From positions 11 through 64,010 of the forward strand of contig JAAYEV010000103.1 of assembly GCA_012728565.1 (NCBI GenBank): a DNA stretch of 64,000 nucleotides, given 5' to 3'. The position numbers and the translations under genes are program-made. Below are positions 18,497 to 27,662 of the stretch, one piece after another (the stretch's first letter is position 1; every line of letters starts with the position of its first letter). The stretch comes from Clostridiales bacterium. GTDB lineage: Bacteria; Bacillota; Clostridia; Ch29. The notes under the pieces are model-generated. The model made no database searches, had not been told where the DNA came from, and saw nothing but the letters and a program-made list of their open reading frames with translations.

Positions 18497-19576
18497 TTGA
18501 GATACAATGGACTAATTGAACGATACAGGGATTATCTCAATGTCGGTGAGAATACAAGAATAATAAGCTTGAACGAAGGCAATACCCCCCTTTTAAGGGG
18601 TTATGCAGTGGAAGAACGGATTGGCAGCAATATCAAAGTCTATTTAAAATATGAAGGCCTTAACCCGACCGGGTCCTTTAAGGACAGGGGTATGACCATG
18701 GCGGTTACTAAAGCGGTGGAAGCCGGCTCGAAGTGTATTGTATGCGCTTCTACCGGCAACACTTCCGCCTCCGCAGCCGCCTATGCGGCAAGAGCGGGTA
18801 TCGGGTGTATAGTTCTTATACCCGCCGGTAAAATAGCGCAGGGCAAACTGGCACAGGCATCCGCATACGGAGCCAGAGTAATAGCATTGGATGGAAACTT
18901 TGACCAGGCCTTGGATATGGTAAAAAGGCTTTCAGAGGAATATCCGGTAACGCTGGTTAACTCCATCAATCCCGACCGGATAGAAGGACAAAAAACCGCC
19001 GCCTTTGAACTGTGCGACCAACTCGCCGGTCCGCCCGATTATCTCGCCATTCCGGTTGGAAATGCCGGAAACATAACAGCCTACTGGAAAGGCTTTAAGG
19101 AATACATGCAAAGCGGGGTTATAAATAGCCTTCCTGTAATGCTGGGTTTTCAGGCGTCAGGTGCCGCGCCCATCGTTGAGGGAAGGGTAATAACAAACCC
19201 TGAAACGATTGCCACCGCCATTCGCATAGGCAATCCCGCAAGCTGGAAAGGCGCGGAGAATGCCGCGGCCCAGTCCCACGGCCGTATTGACAAGGTGACC
19301 GACCAAGAAATCTTAGAGGCATACAGGCTGCTTGCTTCCGGCGAAGGCATATTCGCAGAACCGGCTTCCTGCGCATCGGTGGCGGGACTTATTAAACTGG
19401 CAAAAGAAGGACACATTGAAAAGAACTCCACCGTGGTTTGCGTCCTGACCGGAAACGGCCTCAAGGACCCGGATATAGCCATAAACACAAGCTCAAAACC
19501 ACTGCAGCTTCCAGCCGATTTCAATACCCTTTCGGCCCAAGTTGCAAGCCTAATTGGCGGTGATGAATATGTATAG
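18497..19576 (+). CDS. thrC: threonine synthase
   Basis: PLP Lys motif [14 protein letters not shown] start overlaps the hom stop (TAGTTG) with GAGGGGGAAGC upstream. Confidence 0.9.
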   Translation: MRYNGLIERYRDYLNVGENTRIISLNEGNTPLLRGYAVEERIGSNIKVYLKYEGLNPTGSFKDRGMTMAVTKAVEAGSKCIVCASTGNTSASAAAYAARAGIGCIVLIPAGKIAQGKLAQASAYGARVIALDGNFDQALDMVKRLSEEYPVTLVNSINPDRIEGQKTAAFELCDQLAGPPDYLAIPVGNAGNITAYWKGFKEYMQSGVINSLPVMLGFQASGAAPIVEGRVITNPETIATAIRIGNPASWKGAENAAAQSHGRIDKVTDQEILEAYRLLASGEGIFAEPASCASVAGLIKLAKEGHIEKNSTVVCVLTGNGLKDPDIAINTSSKPLQLPADFNTLSAQVASLIGGDEYV

Positions 19577-20468
19577 GGTAAAAGTACCGGCTACTTCTGC
19601 CAATATGGGACCGGGCTTTGACTGCATGGGTGTTGCGTTGGATATTTACAACACGGTGGCGGCGGAGGAAATACCTGAAGGATTAGTAATAGAGAACCAC
19701 GGCAGGGATGCAGGCCTAATTGGAAAGGATGACTCCAATTTAATATACAAGGCTATGAAAACCGTCTTTGAAAAGGTGGGCTATATACCGGCGGGACTTA
19801 AAATAACCTCTTATAATGAAATCCCGGTGGCACGGGGCCTGGGCAGCAGCGCTGCAAGCACGGCGGCGGGACTTATACTGGCAAATGCAATGACCGGGTA
19901 AACCTTGAGCCTGGAAGAGATTATCCGGTTGGGCACAGCCTTGGAGGGCCACCCCGACAACATAGTACCGGCCCTGATTGGCGGCATGACCCTATCGTAC
20001 TCCCAGGATACCTCTTCGGTGGGGTATATAAAGGTGGATTTTCCCGAAAACCTTAGAATGCTTGTAATGGTTCCGGATTTTATGCTGTCCACCACAAAGG
20101 CACGCATGGTACTCCCCCAACAGGTTGAACTGGGGAATGCCGTGTTCAATATCAGCAGGGCGGCATTGATGGTTGCGGCCCTTACGGCGGGCAAACTGGA
20201 GCATCTCAAGTACGCCGTACAGGACAGGCTCCACCAACCCTACAGGGAAAAGCTCATACCCGGAATGCAGGAAGTATTCGAGCAGGCTTATAATGCCGGT
20301 GCAAGGGGAGTATTTCTTAGCGGTGCCGGCTCAACAATTGTAGCCATGGTGGATGCCGATAACAGTGATTTCCTGTCAAGGCTTAGAGCCTTCCTGGAAA
20401 GGATGTCCTATAACTGGGAGCTTAAATTCGTGAATGTCAGCAGGCAGGGGGCGGCACGTATTCAATAA
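19563..20468 (+). pseudogene. thrB: homoserine kinase interrupted by an in-frame TAA (two ORFs 19554..19901 and 19905..20468 in the same frame)
   Basis: The N-terminal ORF carries GHMP kinase motif 2 (PVARGLGSSAASTAAG). The C-terminal ORF continues (EGHPDNIVPALIGG...GAGSTIVAM). TAA at 19899-19901 sits in-frame between ...ANAMTG and TLSLEE.... Confidence 0.85.
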
Positions 20469-20505
20469 CCCCTCCAACTCCATACGGCCGCTCCCTTTTC
20501 AAAAA

Positions 20506-20540
20506 AGCTAAAGTGGTTTACGCTTTAGCTTTCTTTTGTT
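20506..20540 (+). terminator. rho-independent terminator of the thr operon
   Basis: AAGCTAAAG-tggtttac-GCTTTAGCTT followed by TCTTTTGTT. Confidence 0.7.
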
Positions 20541-20657
20541 ACTTCCTCATCCCACAATCCCCCTATTTTTCTAATACTTAATTGTTCTTCGGCTCTTTAC
20601 AACCGCATCCAATAATTATATTATATTGTTAACGATAATAGATGGAGATGATGCGTT

Positions 20658-21245
20658 ATGAAAATTGAAAAGATAAGTGATTACAAGGTAAAAATAACCA
20701 TCAGCTCGATTGACCTTGAAGAGAGAAACATTGATATGGACGACCTTGTATACAACAGCCCCAAGGCCCAGGAATTGTTCTGGGATATCCTGTACCAGGC
20801 CTATGTCGAACAGGGTTTTGAAGTAAAGGATGAACAGTTGGTTGTAGAGGCGATACCCAACTCAAGGGACACCTTTGTAATAACAATAACAAAATACAGG
20901 AACCGACAACTGCTTAAGCCGGGGCCCAGTAAGTTCATCAAGGGCTCGGATACAAAAAAAGCGGTCAAATCAAAGGAGATCTGCTACTGCTTTGACGACC
21001 TGGAAGATATCATAGCCCTAAGCAAAAGGATTATTGACAACTTCAGGGGCGACAGTTCGGTTTACAAGCACCGGAATGCTTATTACCTGGTCCTGAAGCC
21101 CTATGACACATACCCGAACCTTTCGCTTGAAGTGATTGCGGAGGAATACGGGTACCGCTGCAGGACCGCCGAAATGTTTTTAAAGGAATACGGAGACGCC
21201 CTTATTGAAAACAGTGCCGTGGAAATCCTTGCATGGTGTATATGA
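20658..21245 (+). CDS. mecA: adaptor protein MecA (ClpC adaptor)
   Basis: MKIEKISDYKVKITISSIDLEERNID closely matches the MecA N-terminus; 195 aa. Confidence 0.88.
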   Translation: MKIEKISDYKVKITISSIDLEERNIDMDDLVYNSPKAQELFWDILYQAYVEQGFEVKDEQLVVEAIPNSRDTFVITITKYRNRQLLKPGPSKFIKGSDTKKAVKSKEICYCFDDLEDIIALSKRIIDNFRGDSSVYKHRNAYYLVLKPYDTYPNLSLEVIAEEYGYRCRTAEMFLKEYGDALIENSAVEILAWCI

Positions 21246-21274
21246 AAAGAGCTGCCTTGCGGCAGCTTTTTTTC
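21246..21274. terminator. bidirectional terminator (mecA / GGDEF gene)
   Basis: AGCTGCC-ttgc-GGCAGCT flanked by an A-run and a T-run. Confidence 0.75.
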
Positions 21275-21286
21275 ATATAAAAGTAT

Positions 21287-21979
21287 CTAAGCCTCTCCCC
21301 ATTTGCTGTTCTCGAAGGCTTTCCTTTTTTTGTTCAATTTTGCCCTGTAGAGTACAGCATCCGCCCTTTCAAGAAACTCGTTTATGTTTTCGCCGTCGTA
21401 ATGTATAAGACTGACGCTCATGGTCACTTCTCCCGGTCGGGTTTTATACACTTGTCTCTCTATCAAGTCCACAGCCCTGTCCATAACAATCCTTGCCGAA
21501 ACTATATCGGTCTCCGGCAGTATTACGGCAAACTCATCCCCGCCGAACCTTGCCACTATATCCGAAGAGCGGGTGTTTTGTTTCAGTTTACGGCCAATCT
21601 TTTCAAGGGCAATATTACCCTCCAGGTGCCCGTACTTGTCATTGTAAGATTTGAAGTCGTCACAGTCGGCAAAGGCCAGCACCAGTGAGCGGCCGTACCT
21701 TTTTGCCCTGTCCATTTCTTCCTCCAGCCTTGTAATAAAGAAACGGTAGTTGTAGACCTTGGTCAGTTCATCGATAATCAGGTTGTTATAAAGGTATGAA
21801 ATGCAATTGTTAAGCCTTGAAAGGAAGATAACAAAAAAAATCCCCGATATGACCAGCCACTGCCTTTTCGCGTTCTGGTCCATAGTGGAAATTAGTATGA
21901 GGAAAACAAGGACCCCTGTAATGAGCAGGCACACAAGATACATCCGGGCACTGGATTTTATTTTCCTAAAACCCCTCAT
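21287..21979 (-). CDS. membrane-anchored GGDEF diguanylate cyclase
   Basis: Two N-terminal TM helices and a GGDEF domain with an intact RFGGDEF active site. No I-site RxxD is obvious. Confidence 0.85.
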   Translation of the reverse strand: MRGFRKIKSSARMYLVCLLITGVLVFLILISTMDQNAKRQWLVISGIFFVIFLSRLNNCISYLYNNLIIDELTKVYNYRFFITRLEEEMDRAKRYGRSLVLAFADCDDFKSYNDKYGHLEGNIALEKIGRKLKQNTRSSDIVARFGGDEFAVILPETDIVSARIVMDRAVDLIERQVYKTRPGEVTMSVSLIHYDGENINEFLERADAVLYRAKLNKKRKAFENSKWGEA

Positions 21980-22105
21980 AGGAACCCCTACCCCTGGCAG
22001 TTTTCAGTTAATTATATAATACCATGCTACAAATTGGTAGTCCCATTCAAAAACTGACAAAAAAAATCACCAAACTTTTTGGGTCTGGTGATTTTTATCC
22101 GTTGT

Positions 22106-23305
22106 TTAATTCATCCCGGCAGCAATCTTTATATTCCGCTGGTGGTCCTGGTCCTGCTTACCGTCCACGTGCCTCGTGCTGTTGTAAAAATGAACGTCAA
22201 AATGGCCTGGAAAGCCGTTATTTTTAATGTACTCAACGTCATGGGGCATTGCGCTGGCCGAAGCGGCTATTTTCCTTCCCTTTACTTCTACCAGTACCGG
22301 TCGGGAAGCCCAGCTCCAGGAACCGCCCCATATACTTTTCATAGTATTTGCATCCTGCACCGTCAACGGTTCAACATCGGCATGGTTTGCGCCCACCGTC
22401 CTTCTGGCATTCCAGGAAACCCCCGTGTAAAAATCGGTAATCTTTGCATCGGCACCTATGGGCCACACATACTGTGCCTCGCTCCACCAGTCCAGCAGTT
22501 CCCCGTAATTTGGCCCTGGAGTTGGCTTAACCGGAACATGGTGTACCGGTATTTTGAGCTTTTGTCCCACGTATATTACCGAGTTCTCATTCATGCCATT
22601 TGCATCCAGTATTTCCCTGTAGGGCACTCCATACTTTATACCCAGCGACCAGAAGTCGTCACCGCTTTGTACCGTATGGGTGGTGTAGGTAACATAGGGC
22701 TTCTGCCCCGGCGGCGGCGGGGTCTGCTGCGGCGGCGTTGACTGCCCGCCCCCCCTCGAAGGGGGCGTATAGGCGCCTCCCTTTACCGGGGGAACATAAA
22801 GCACCATGCCCGGGTAAAGGACGGTGCCGGCAGAAGCATCGTTTGCCTTCATGAGGCTTTGCATGCTTATGCCATAGGCATTGCTTATAAGCCAAAATGT
22901 TTCCCCCTGTTTTACCGTATGGGTTTTTACCGATGACGGCAGCTTTATACTCTGGCCCTTGTACAGGACCGACCCGGTATTTGCCCCGTTGAGGGCAAGC
23001 AGTTCGTTCATGTCCACGTTCATTTTTTGACTTATTATCCAGTATGTATCCCCGGCCTTAACTATGTACCCTGCATTCTCCCCGGGTATTGTCACCCTCT
23101 GGCCCACGTATAAGACAGAATTGCCATTGGCTCCGTTAGCATTCAGCAGCGCTGTCAAATCCACCCCGTACCACTGGCTTATTTTCCAGTAGGTATCACC
23201 CGGTGAAACAACGTGCACCGTATCCGCCAGGGCTGTTCCCCCTCCGGCGGCTGCAATGGACAAGGCAATGGTCCCAATCAATGCAATTTTTTTGATTTTC
23301 CCCAT
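22106..23305 (-). CDS. secreted 4xLysM cell-wall protein with C-terminal peptidase M15 (CwlK/VanY-like) domain
   Basis: Signal peptide, then four LysM repeats (TVHVVSPGDTYWKISQWYGV..., YIVKAGDTYW..., HTVKQGETFW..., HTVQSGDDFW...) and a Pro-rich linker. The C-terminal domain has WGGSW and AMPHDVEY, resembling the CwlK WGGDW and YPHFELY motifs. Confidence 0.7.
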   Translation of the reverse strand: MGKIKKIALIGTIALSIAAAGGGTALADTVHVVSPGDTYWKISQWYGVDLTALLNANGANGNSVLYVGQRVTIPGENAGYIVKAGDTYWIISQKMNVDMNELLALNGANTGSVLYKGQSIKLPSSVKTHTVKQGETFWLISNAYGISMQSLMKANDASAGTVLYPGMVLYVPPVKGGAYTPPSRGGGQSTPPQQTPPPPGQKPYVTYTTHTVQSGDDFWSLGIKYGVPYREILDANGMNENSVIYVGQKLKIPVHHVPVKPTPGPNYGELLDWWSEAQYVWPIGADAKITDFYTGVSWNARRTVGANHADVEPLTVQDANTMKSIWGGSWSWASRPVLVEVKGRKIAASASAMPHDVEYIKNNGFPGHFDVHFYNSTRHVDGKQDQDHQRNIKIAAGMN

Positions 23306-23412
23306 TCAATCATCCCTTCTGTTGTTGTTTGCTGTTTTGAAATATTTGGTTAACATAATCTATACAAATAAGTATTCTACGTCTTTCTCCTCTTCCCTTC
23401 AGGTAAATTTGT

Positions 23413-23436
23413 GTAAAAAAAAGAGCCTTACGGCTC
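23413..23436 (-). terminator. rho-independent terminator of the lipoprotein gene
   Basis: On the minus strand, GAGCC-gtaa-GGCTC is followed by TTTTTTTT; the stop codon lies in the loop. Confidence 0.7.
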
Positions 23437-25239
23437 AAATATCTTGAAATACTGCCCCAGAACAAGGTAATCGTTGGTATAGTTTGCCAATATATCGGGT
23501 TTTCCGTTCCTATTGATATCCCGTACAATCATGGCAGTTATACCGTCGCTTCCCAGGGTTTCGCTCCGCCAGGTATCCTGCAGCTTATAGTCTTCCCCTT
23601 CCCACACATGTATTTCGCTATTCATGTTAACATAATCTCCCAGGTGCAGGGCGGCAGCAATCCTTTGCCTGCCTCCGTATGCGCCTATCCAGGCAAAGGG
23701 TACTTCCCTTGTATCCCGGGGAAGGCTTATTTCCGCCATGACTTCTCCATCCCTTGAATGAACTTCCAGCTTTCTTCCGTCAAATACCAAAAACTCTGCC
23801 ACTCCATCCCCATCCATGTCGCCCGCTGCCTTAATACTCAGTTTATCCTCAAAGATACGGATGTCGTACCACCGGCCATTGCGGTAAGATACCTCAAACA
23901 CGCCGCCCCCGTCTTCCTCTTCCAAGGGCATATCTTCAATATAGTAAAACTTTATCGGTTCCATCGCATCGGCATATTCTTCAAAGACGACGGTATGATA
24001 CTCACCAAAGGTTCCTTCGTGATACCAGTCAATATACCACTCGGTCCCGTCGTGGGACAGCACGAATATCCCTTCGTTGGTTTGATACAAATGGTCCCTT
24101 TCACCGGCGTACCTAAAACCTACCCTTAATACCACGCTTTCCGTGGCACCCCTTTTAAGACTTTTTACGCCCAAAAGTTCCACCCATTCAGGCTTTATTC
24201 GACTGCCAAGGACTTCGGATACTGCACCTTTCCAGTCAATCTCACCGACTTTTTTCAGCAGGCCGTTCTCAAGACTGTAAATGCTTACATAGTATTCTGT
24301 TTCGGGCCCCTCAATTACTGCCAGGTTGTCCTGGGCAGTTTTTTCAATCAATACCAGCACAGCCGGATGGCCCTCCAGCACTCTTCCCATACCACCTTCG
24401 GTGACCACCCTGCCGTTTTCCAGCCTGTCGTTCATATCGCTATAGTACAGGTTGGCAATCTTCCCCCCGCTGTATGTATATATACCTATAGCACTGGTAG
24501 GCTCCGGACCTATGCCTTCCCATTCGCCCTTTGTTCCAATAGCCAACAGCTCATGGCTGCCGTCCCCGTCCATGTCCTTAAGGTCTGCCAGCACCAACTG
24601 ACCCAGGGTGTCCCAATCCTGCGGCACCGCCTCCTCAAATCCTAAGAGGGAAGCCTCCATGGCATTAAGTTTCCACATATTCCTGTCAAGCACCAGCATC
24701 ACGTCCAGGTTCAAATAGTCGCCGATGCCTACCTTCAGCCTGTCTCCATTGGGAAGGGGGTTTTCAATCCTGGCATTGTCGAAGTTACCGATGTTATAAT
24801 CTTTCAGTTTTCCTATCCCGTCCCTTACAAACCCTGCCAGGTCACCATTGTCCAGGTACCTGTAAGATGCAAAGTTCATATGCGACTGCCTGAAAAACTC
24901 TTCAAGGGGCTGAAGGGTCAGCATATCCATTTTCTCCAGGTCGTTATGTTCCCAGGCATCCAGGAAAAGTCTGACAGCCTGTTCCTGGCTTATGAGGACG
25001 TTCTCCTGCCGCTGCCCATCGCCACCATTACCGGGCTCTTCCCCCACCGGCACCATAACCCAGTTTTCCACTTCACCCGTCTCCCCGTTACCTTGGACGG
25101 AAGATACCTCTTTGGCTTCCTCCCCGGCGCCGATAATAGTCTCCTCTTGTATCGGCGTTTCTTCCGGGCTTACGGCTTCGGTGCTGCACCCGGCCAGCAA
25201 TACAGTTATTATCAATATACCGATCATCCTTCTATACAT
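23428..25239 (-). CDS. large lipoprotein with FG-GAP/VCBS-like repeats
   Basis: Lipobox LLAGC|S. Repeated D-x-D-G-D-G motifs (DMDGDGSHELLAIG, GDMDGDGVAEFLVFDG, RDINRNGKPDILANY) in predicted beta-propeller repeats. The exact start (ATG vs GTG, 25239-25248) is uncertain. Confidence 0.65.
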   Translation of the reverse strand: MYRRMIGILIITVLLAGCSTEAVSPEETPIQEETIIGAGEEAKEVSSVQGNGETGEVENWVMVPVGEEPGNGGDGQRQENVLISQEQAVRLFLDAWEHNDLEKMDMLTLQPLEEFFRQSHMNFASYRYLDNGDLAGFVRDGIGKLKDYNIGNFDNARIENPLPNGDRLKVGIGDYLNLDVMLVLDRNMWKLNAMEASLLGFEEAVPQDWDTLGQLVLADLKDMDGDGSHELLAIGTKGEWEGIGPEPTSAIGIYTYSGGKIANLYYSDMNDRLENGRVVTEGGMGRVLEGHPAVLVLIEKTAQDNLAVIEGPETEYYVSIYSLENGLLKKVGEIDWKGAVSEVLGSRIKPEWVELLGVKSLKRGATESVVLRVGFRYAGERDHLYQTNEGIFVLSHDGTEWYIDWYHEGTFGEYHTVVFEEYADAMEPIKFYYIEDMPLEEEDGGGVFEVSYRNGRWYDIRIFEDKLSIKAAGDMDGDGVAEFLVFDGRKLEVHSRDGEVMAEISLPRDTREVPFAWIGAYGGRQRIAAALHLGDYVNMNSEIHVWEGEDYKLQDTWRSETLGSDGITAMIVRDINRNGKPDILANYTNDYLVLGQYFKIFEP

Positions 25240-25455
25240 TCTACACACCCACTATCCATAAATTAGAAACCTGTATTAATTTTACCTTTACTTGTTAGAC
25301 GGTACAACTTCTTTTTTGTTTCATAATTTTTTATATTTATACCCATAAAACGCCTACCTTAACAATACCGGATTTCTAATACAACCAAAAGGAAATTCAG
25401 AACAAGTATAGAATTATTGTGGTTAAGTACAATATGATAAAGGAGAAACGTAAGT

Positions 25456-26412
25456 ATGAAGACAAACACATTAGGTAATACCGGCATTGAGGTAACCGAA
25501 CTGTGCCTGGGCGCCCTGCCAATGGGACCGCTGCAGAAAGATATACCCCTTGAGGAATGTGTCAAGGTGGTAGAAACCGCGTTGAGAAAAGGTATAACCT
25601 TTATAGATACGGCCCAGATGTACAAAACCTATGCGCCCATTAGGGAGGCAATAAAGCGAACGGGCATTCGGCCGGTCATTGCTTCCAAATCGGCAGCACC
25701 GGATTATGAAGGCATGGAGAGGGCGATAAAAGAAGCACTGGAGCAGCTTGACGTTGATTACGTGGATATCTTCCTACTGCACGCCGCCAGGGCGGGAACC
25801 GAGGTCTTTGAAGCAAGGGCTGGAGCCATTGAATGCTTAAAGGACTGTAAAGCCAAAGGCCTTATTAGGGCAATGGGGATATCCACCCATGACACAAAAG
25901 TGGCAGAGCTGACTGCAAAAAGGCAGGATATGGACATAATGTTCCCCATCATCAACAAGGCAGGTATCGGCATTTTAAACGGAACCGTCAATGATATGCT
26001 TAGGGCAATAAAGGAAAACAGCACAGCCGGAAAAGGCGTTTACCTTATGAAGGTTCTGGGCGGGGGGAACCTTATAAACGACTATATAGAAAGCGTCAAC
26101 TACGCAAGAAGCATTGACGGTTATCATTCCATTGCCGTGGGTATGGTAAGCCCCGAAGAGGTTGACTTTAACGTTGCCTATTTTAACGGCACCTACGACC
26201 CGGAGAAAACTCCGACCGTAAAAGGCTATTCCAAGCAATACCAGGTATTCACCAATCTTTGTAAGGGATGCAAAACCTGCGTTGCGGCATGCCCAAACTA
26301 TGCGATAGAGTTTGACGAAGAAACGAAAAAGGCGTATATCAACGAGGAAAAATGCCTCACCTGCGGTTACTGCACCTCCTCGTGCAAAGAGTTCGCCATA
26401 AGGCTTATCTAG
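25456..26412 (+). CDS. aldo/keto reductase fused to a C-terminal 2x[4Fe-4S] ferredoxin domain
   Basis: AKR TIM-barrel (GNTGIEVTELCLG..., IDTAQMY) plus two CxxCxxCxxxCP-type clusters (CKGCKTCVAACP, CLTCGYCTSSC). Confidence 0.85.
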   Translation: MKTNTLGNTGIEVTELCLGALPMGPLQKDIPLEECVKVVETALRKGITFIDTAQMYKTYAPIREAIKRTGIRPVIASKSAAPDYEGMERAIKEALEQLDVDYVDIFLLHAARAGTEVFEARAGAIECLKDCKAKGLIRAMGISTHDTKVAELTAKRQDMDIMFPIINKAGIGILNGTVNDMLRAIKENSTAGKGVYLMKVLGGGNLINDYIESVNYARSIDGYHSIAVGMVSPEEVDFNVAYFNGTYDPEKTPTVKGYSKQYQVFTNLCKGCKTCVAACPNYAIEFDEETKKAYINEEKCLTCGYCTSSCKEFAIRLI

Positions 26413-26425
26413 CTTTAATAATTTA

Positions 26426-26457
26426 GGGGCATATCAGAACGATATGCCCCTTGTCTT
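26426..26457. terminator. hairpin between convergent genes (AKR-ferredoxin / membrane protein)
   Basis: GGGGCATATC-agaac-GATATGCCCC followed by TTGTCTT; the T-tract is weak. Confidence 0.5.
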
Positions 26458-26896
26458 AGGCTTCTTTTTTGGCTAGCCGCCGCTGGAAATACAAAAAGAC
26501 CGGAAGCGGAATGGCTATCCATCCGAAACTCTTTATCAGGTTATTCTTTGCCCTTTCAATCTGCCGTTCCTTTTCCTGCTGAACCATTGCATCATATCTT
26601 GCCTTAAGTTCTTCTTCAGTTAGCTCCGGCTGCTCGGTCTGTTCACCTTCAACCGCCGGCTTTTCGGTATTCCATCGTTTGTAATCCTCAAAAGACTGGT
26701 AGTAATACGCGGGCGCAACAATATCCGCCGCGGCCATGAATACTCCAACGCTCCCGCCTATGGTCATCATAAGTGTTGCAAACAAAACCAGGTATATATA
26801 TACGTTCTTTATCACATCTTCTCCCCCTTCCCTTGATTCTGCCCTGATTCCCGCAACTGCGAGGATTATAAGCAGAATAACTGCGGGAATAATCAA
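26456..26896 (-). CDS. hypothetical membrane protein
   Basis: Two N-terminal TM helices and a charged coiled C-terminal half. The TTG start lacks a good RBS, so the start is uncertain. Confidence 0.5.
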   Translation of the reverse strand: MIIPAVILLIILAVAGIRAESREGGEDVIKNVYIYLVLFATLMMTIGGSVGVFMAAADIVAPAYYYQSFEDYKRWNTEKPAVEGEQTEQPELTEEELKARYDAMVQQEKERQIERAKNNLIKSFGWIAIPLPVFLYFQRRLAKKEA

Positions 26897-26960
26897 CAGT
26901 GAAATTGATACTATAAGGCCTCACCTCTTCCTGTTATTAGTCTACTGCCGCTTACATTTA

Positions 26961-27392
26961 TTAGACATCTTTTACCTCGGTTTTGTTCCGGCAGTCAATC
27001 AAAAAACTGTACCCGTGTTTCACAAAACCTAGTGTTTCATAAAACCTGTGGGCCCTTTCCCTTTTCAGGCTGCTGGATAGTGCCATCTTGTAGCACCCTT
27101 TTTTACAGCAAAGGTCCAGCGCAAATCGCATCATCTGTTTTCCAATACCCTGACCTTGGAGGTCTTCCTTTACCACAACGTCCTCCACGACACCGGAGGG
27201 GGTGCCCATGTGGGCAAGATTGTCCATAATCAGCAGCGCAAAGGTACCCACTACCTCTCCCTGATGCGTTGCCACATAAACCCTGTAATCGGGATAGCTT
27301 TTCATTTTATAAAATATCTCCTTCGCCCGTTCCAGTGGAAGTATTTCCTCGTCCATTTCGGGCTGGGAATACAGCGATAGTATGTGGGGCAA
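26961..27392 (-). CDS. GNAT family N-acetyltransferase
   Basis: Acetyl-CoA-binding motif QGQGIGKQMM and the GNAT fold pattern. Confidence 0.85.
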   Translation of the reverse strand: MPHILSLYSQPEMDEEILPLERAKEIFYKMKSYPDYRVYVATHQGEVVGTFALLIMDNLAHMGTPSGVVEDVVVKEDLQGQGIGKQMMRFALDLCCKKGCYKMALSSSLKRERAHRFYETLGFVKHGYSFLIDCRNKTEVKDV

Positions 27393-27662
27393 ATCCCTCT
27401 CCGAAGCTTCCCTTATCTCTATGTTAATGATAATCCCCTCCCAACAATCAAGAGGTCATTCCCTTCATTAAACTCTTTCCCTAATCTCGCGCTCTATAAA
27501 CAGCTTCGAACCCGGTTGGCTTACCATGGCTGTTGTTTATTAGTAGAACCATTTTGTGGGCAGCAGGAAAGTCCAGGACATTGCAACAACAGCAATGGTA
27601 AATGCCATATTAAGCCACGTTTTTCTGCCCCCTATAAGCTTATTCAGCATCGCCCTAATGCT

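Noticed and set aside
19899-19901. Possibility that the thrB in-frame TAA is a recoded sense codon or reflects an alternative genetic code
   Set aside because: Genes in this window terminate at TAA (yunB, the PBP), TAG (lysA, mogA) and TGA (sigF) with normal downstream signals. TAA is not a known selenocysteine or pyrrolysine codon, and no SECIS-like element is present.
27393-27662. 270-nt non-coding gap with a 22-aa hydrophobic mini-ORF (MAFTIAVVAMSWTFLLPTKWFY) on the minus strand
   Set aside because: It has no Shine-Dalgarno sequence at usable spacing, and I cannot test conservation. It may simply be a spacer or promoter region between the GNAT gene and the Dph6-like gene.
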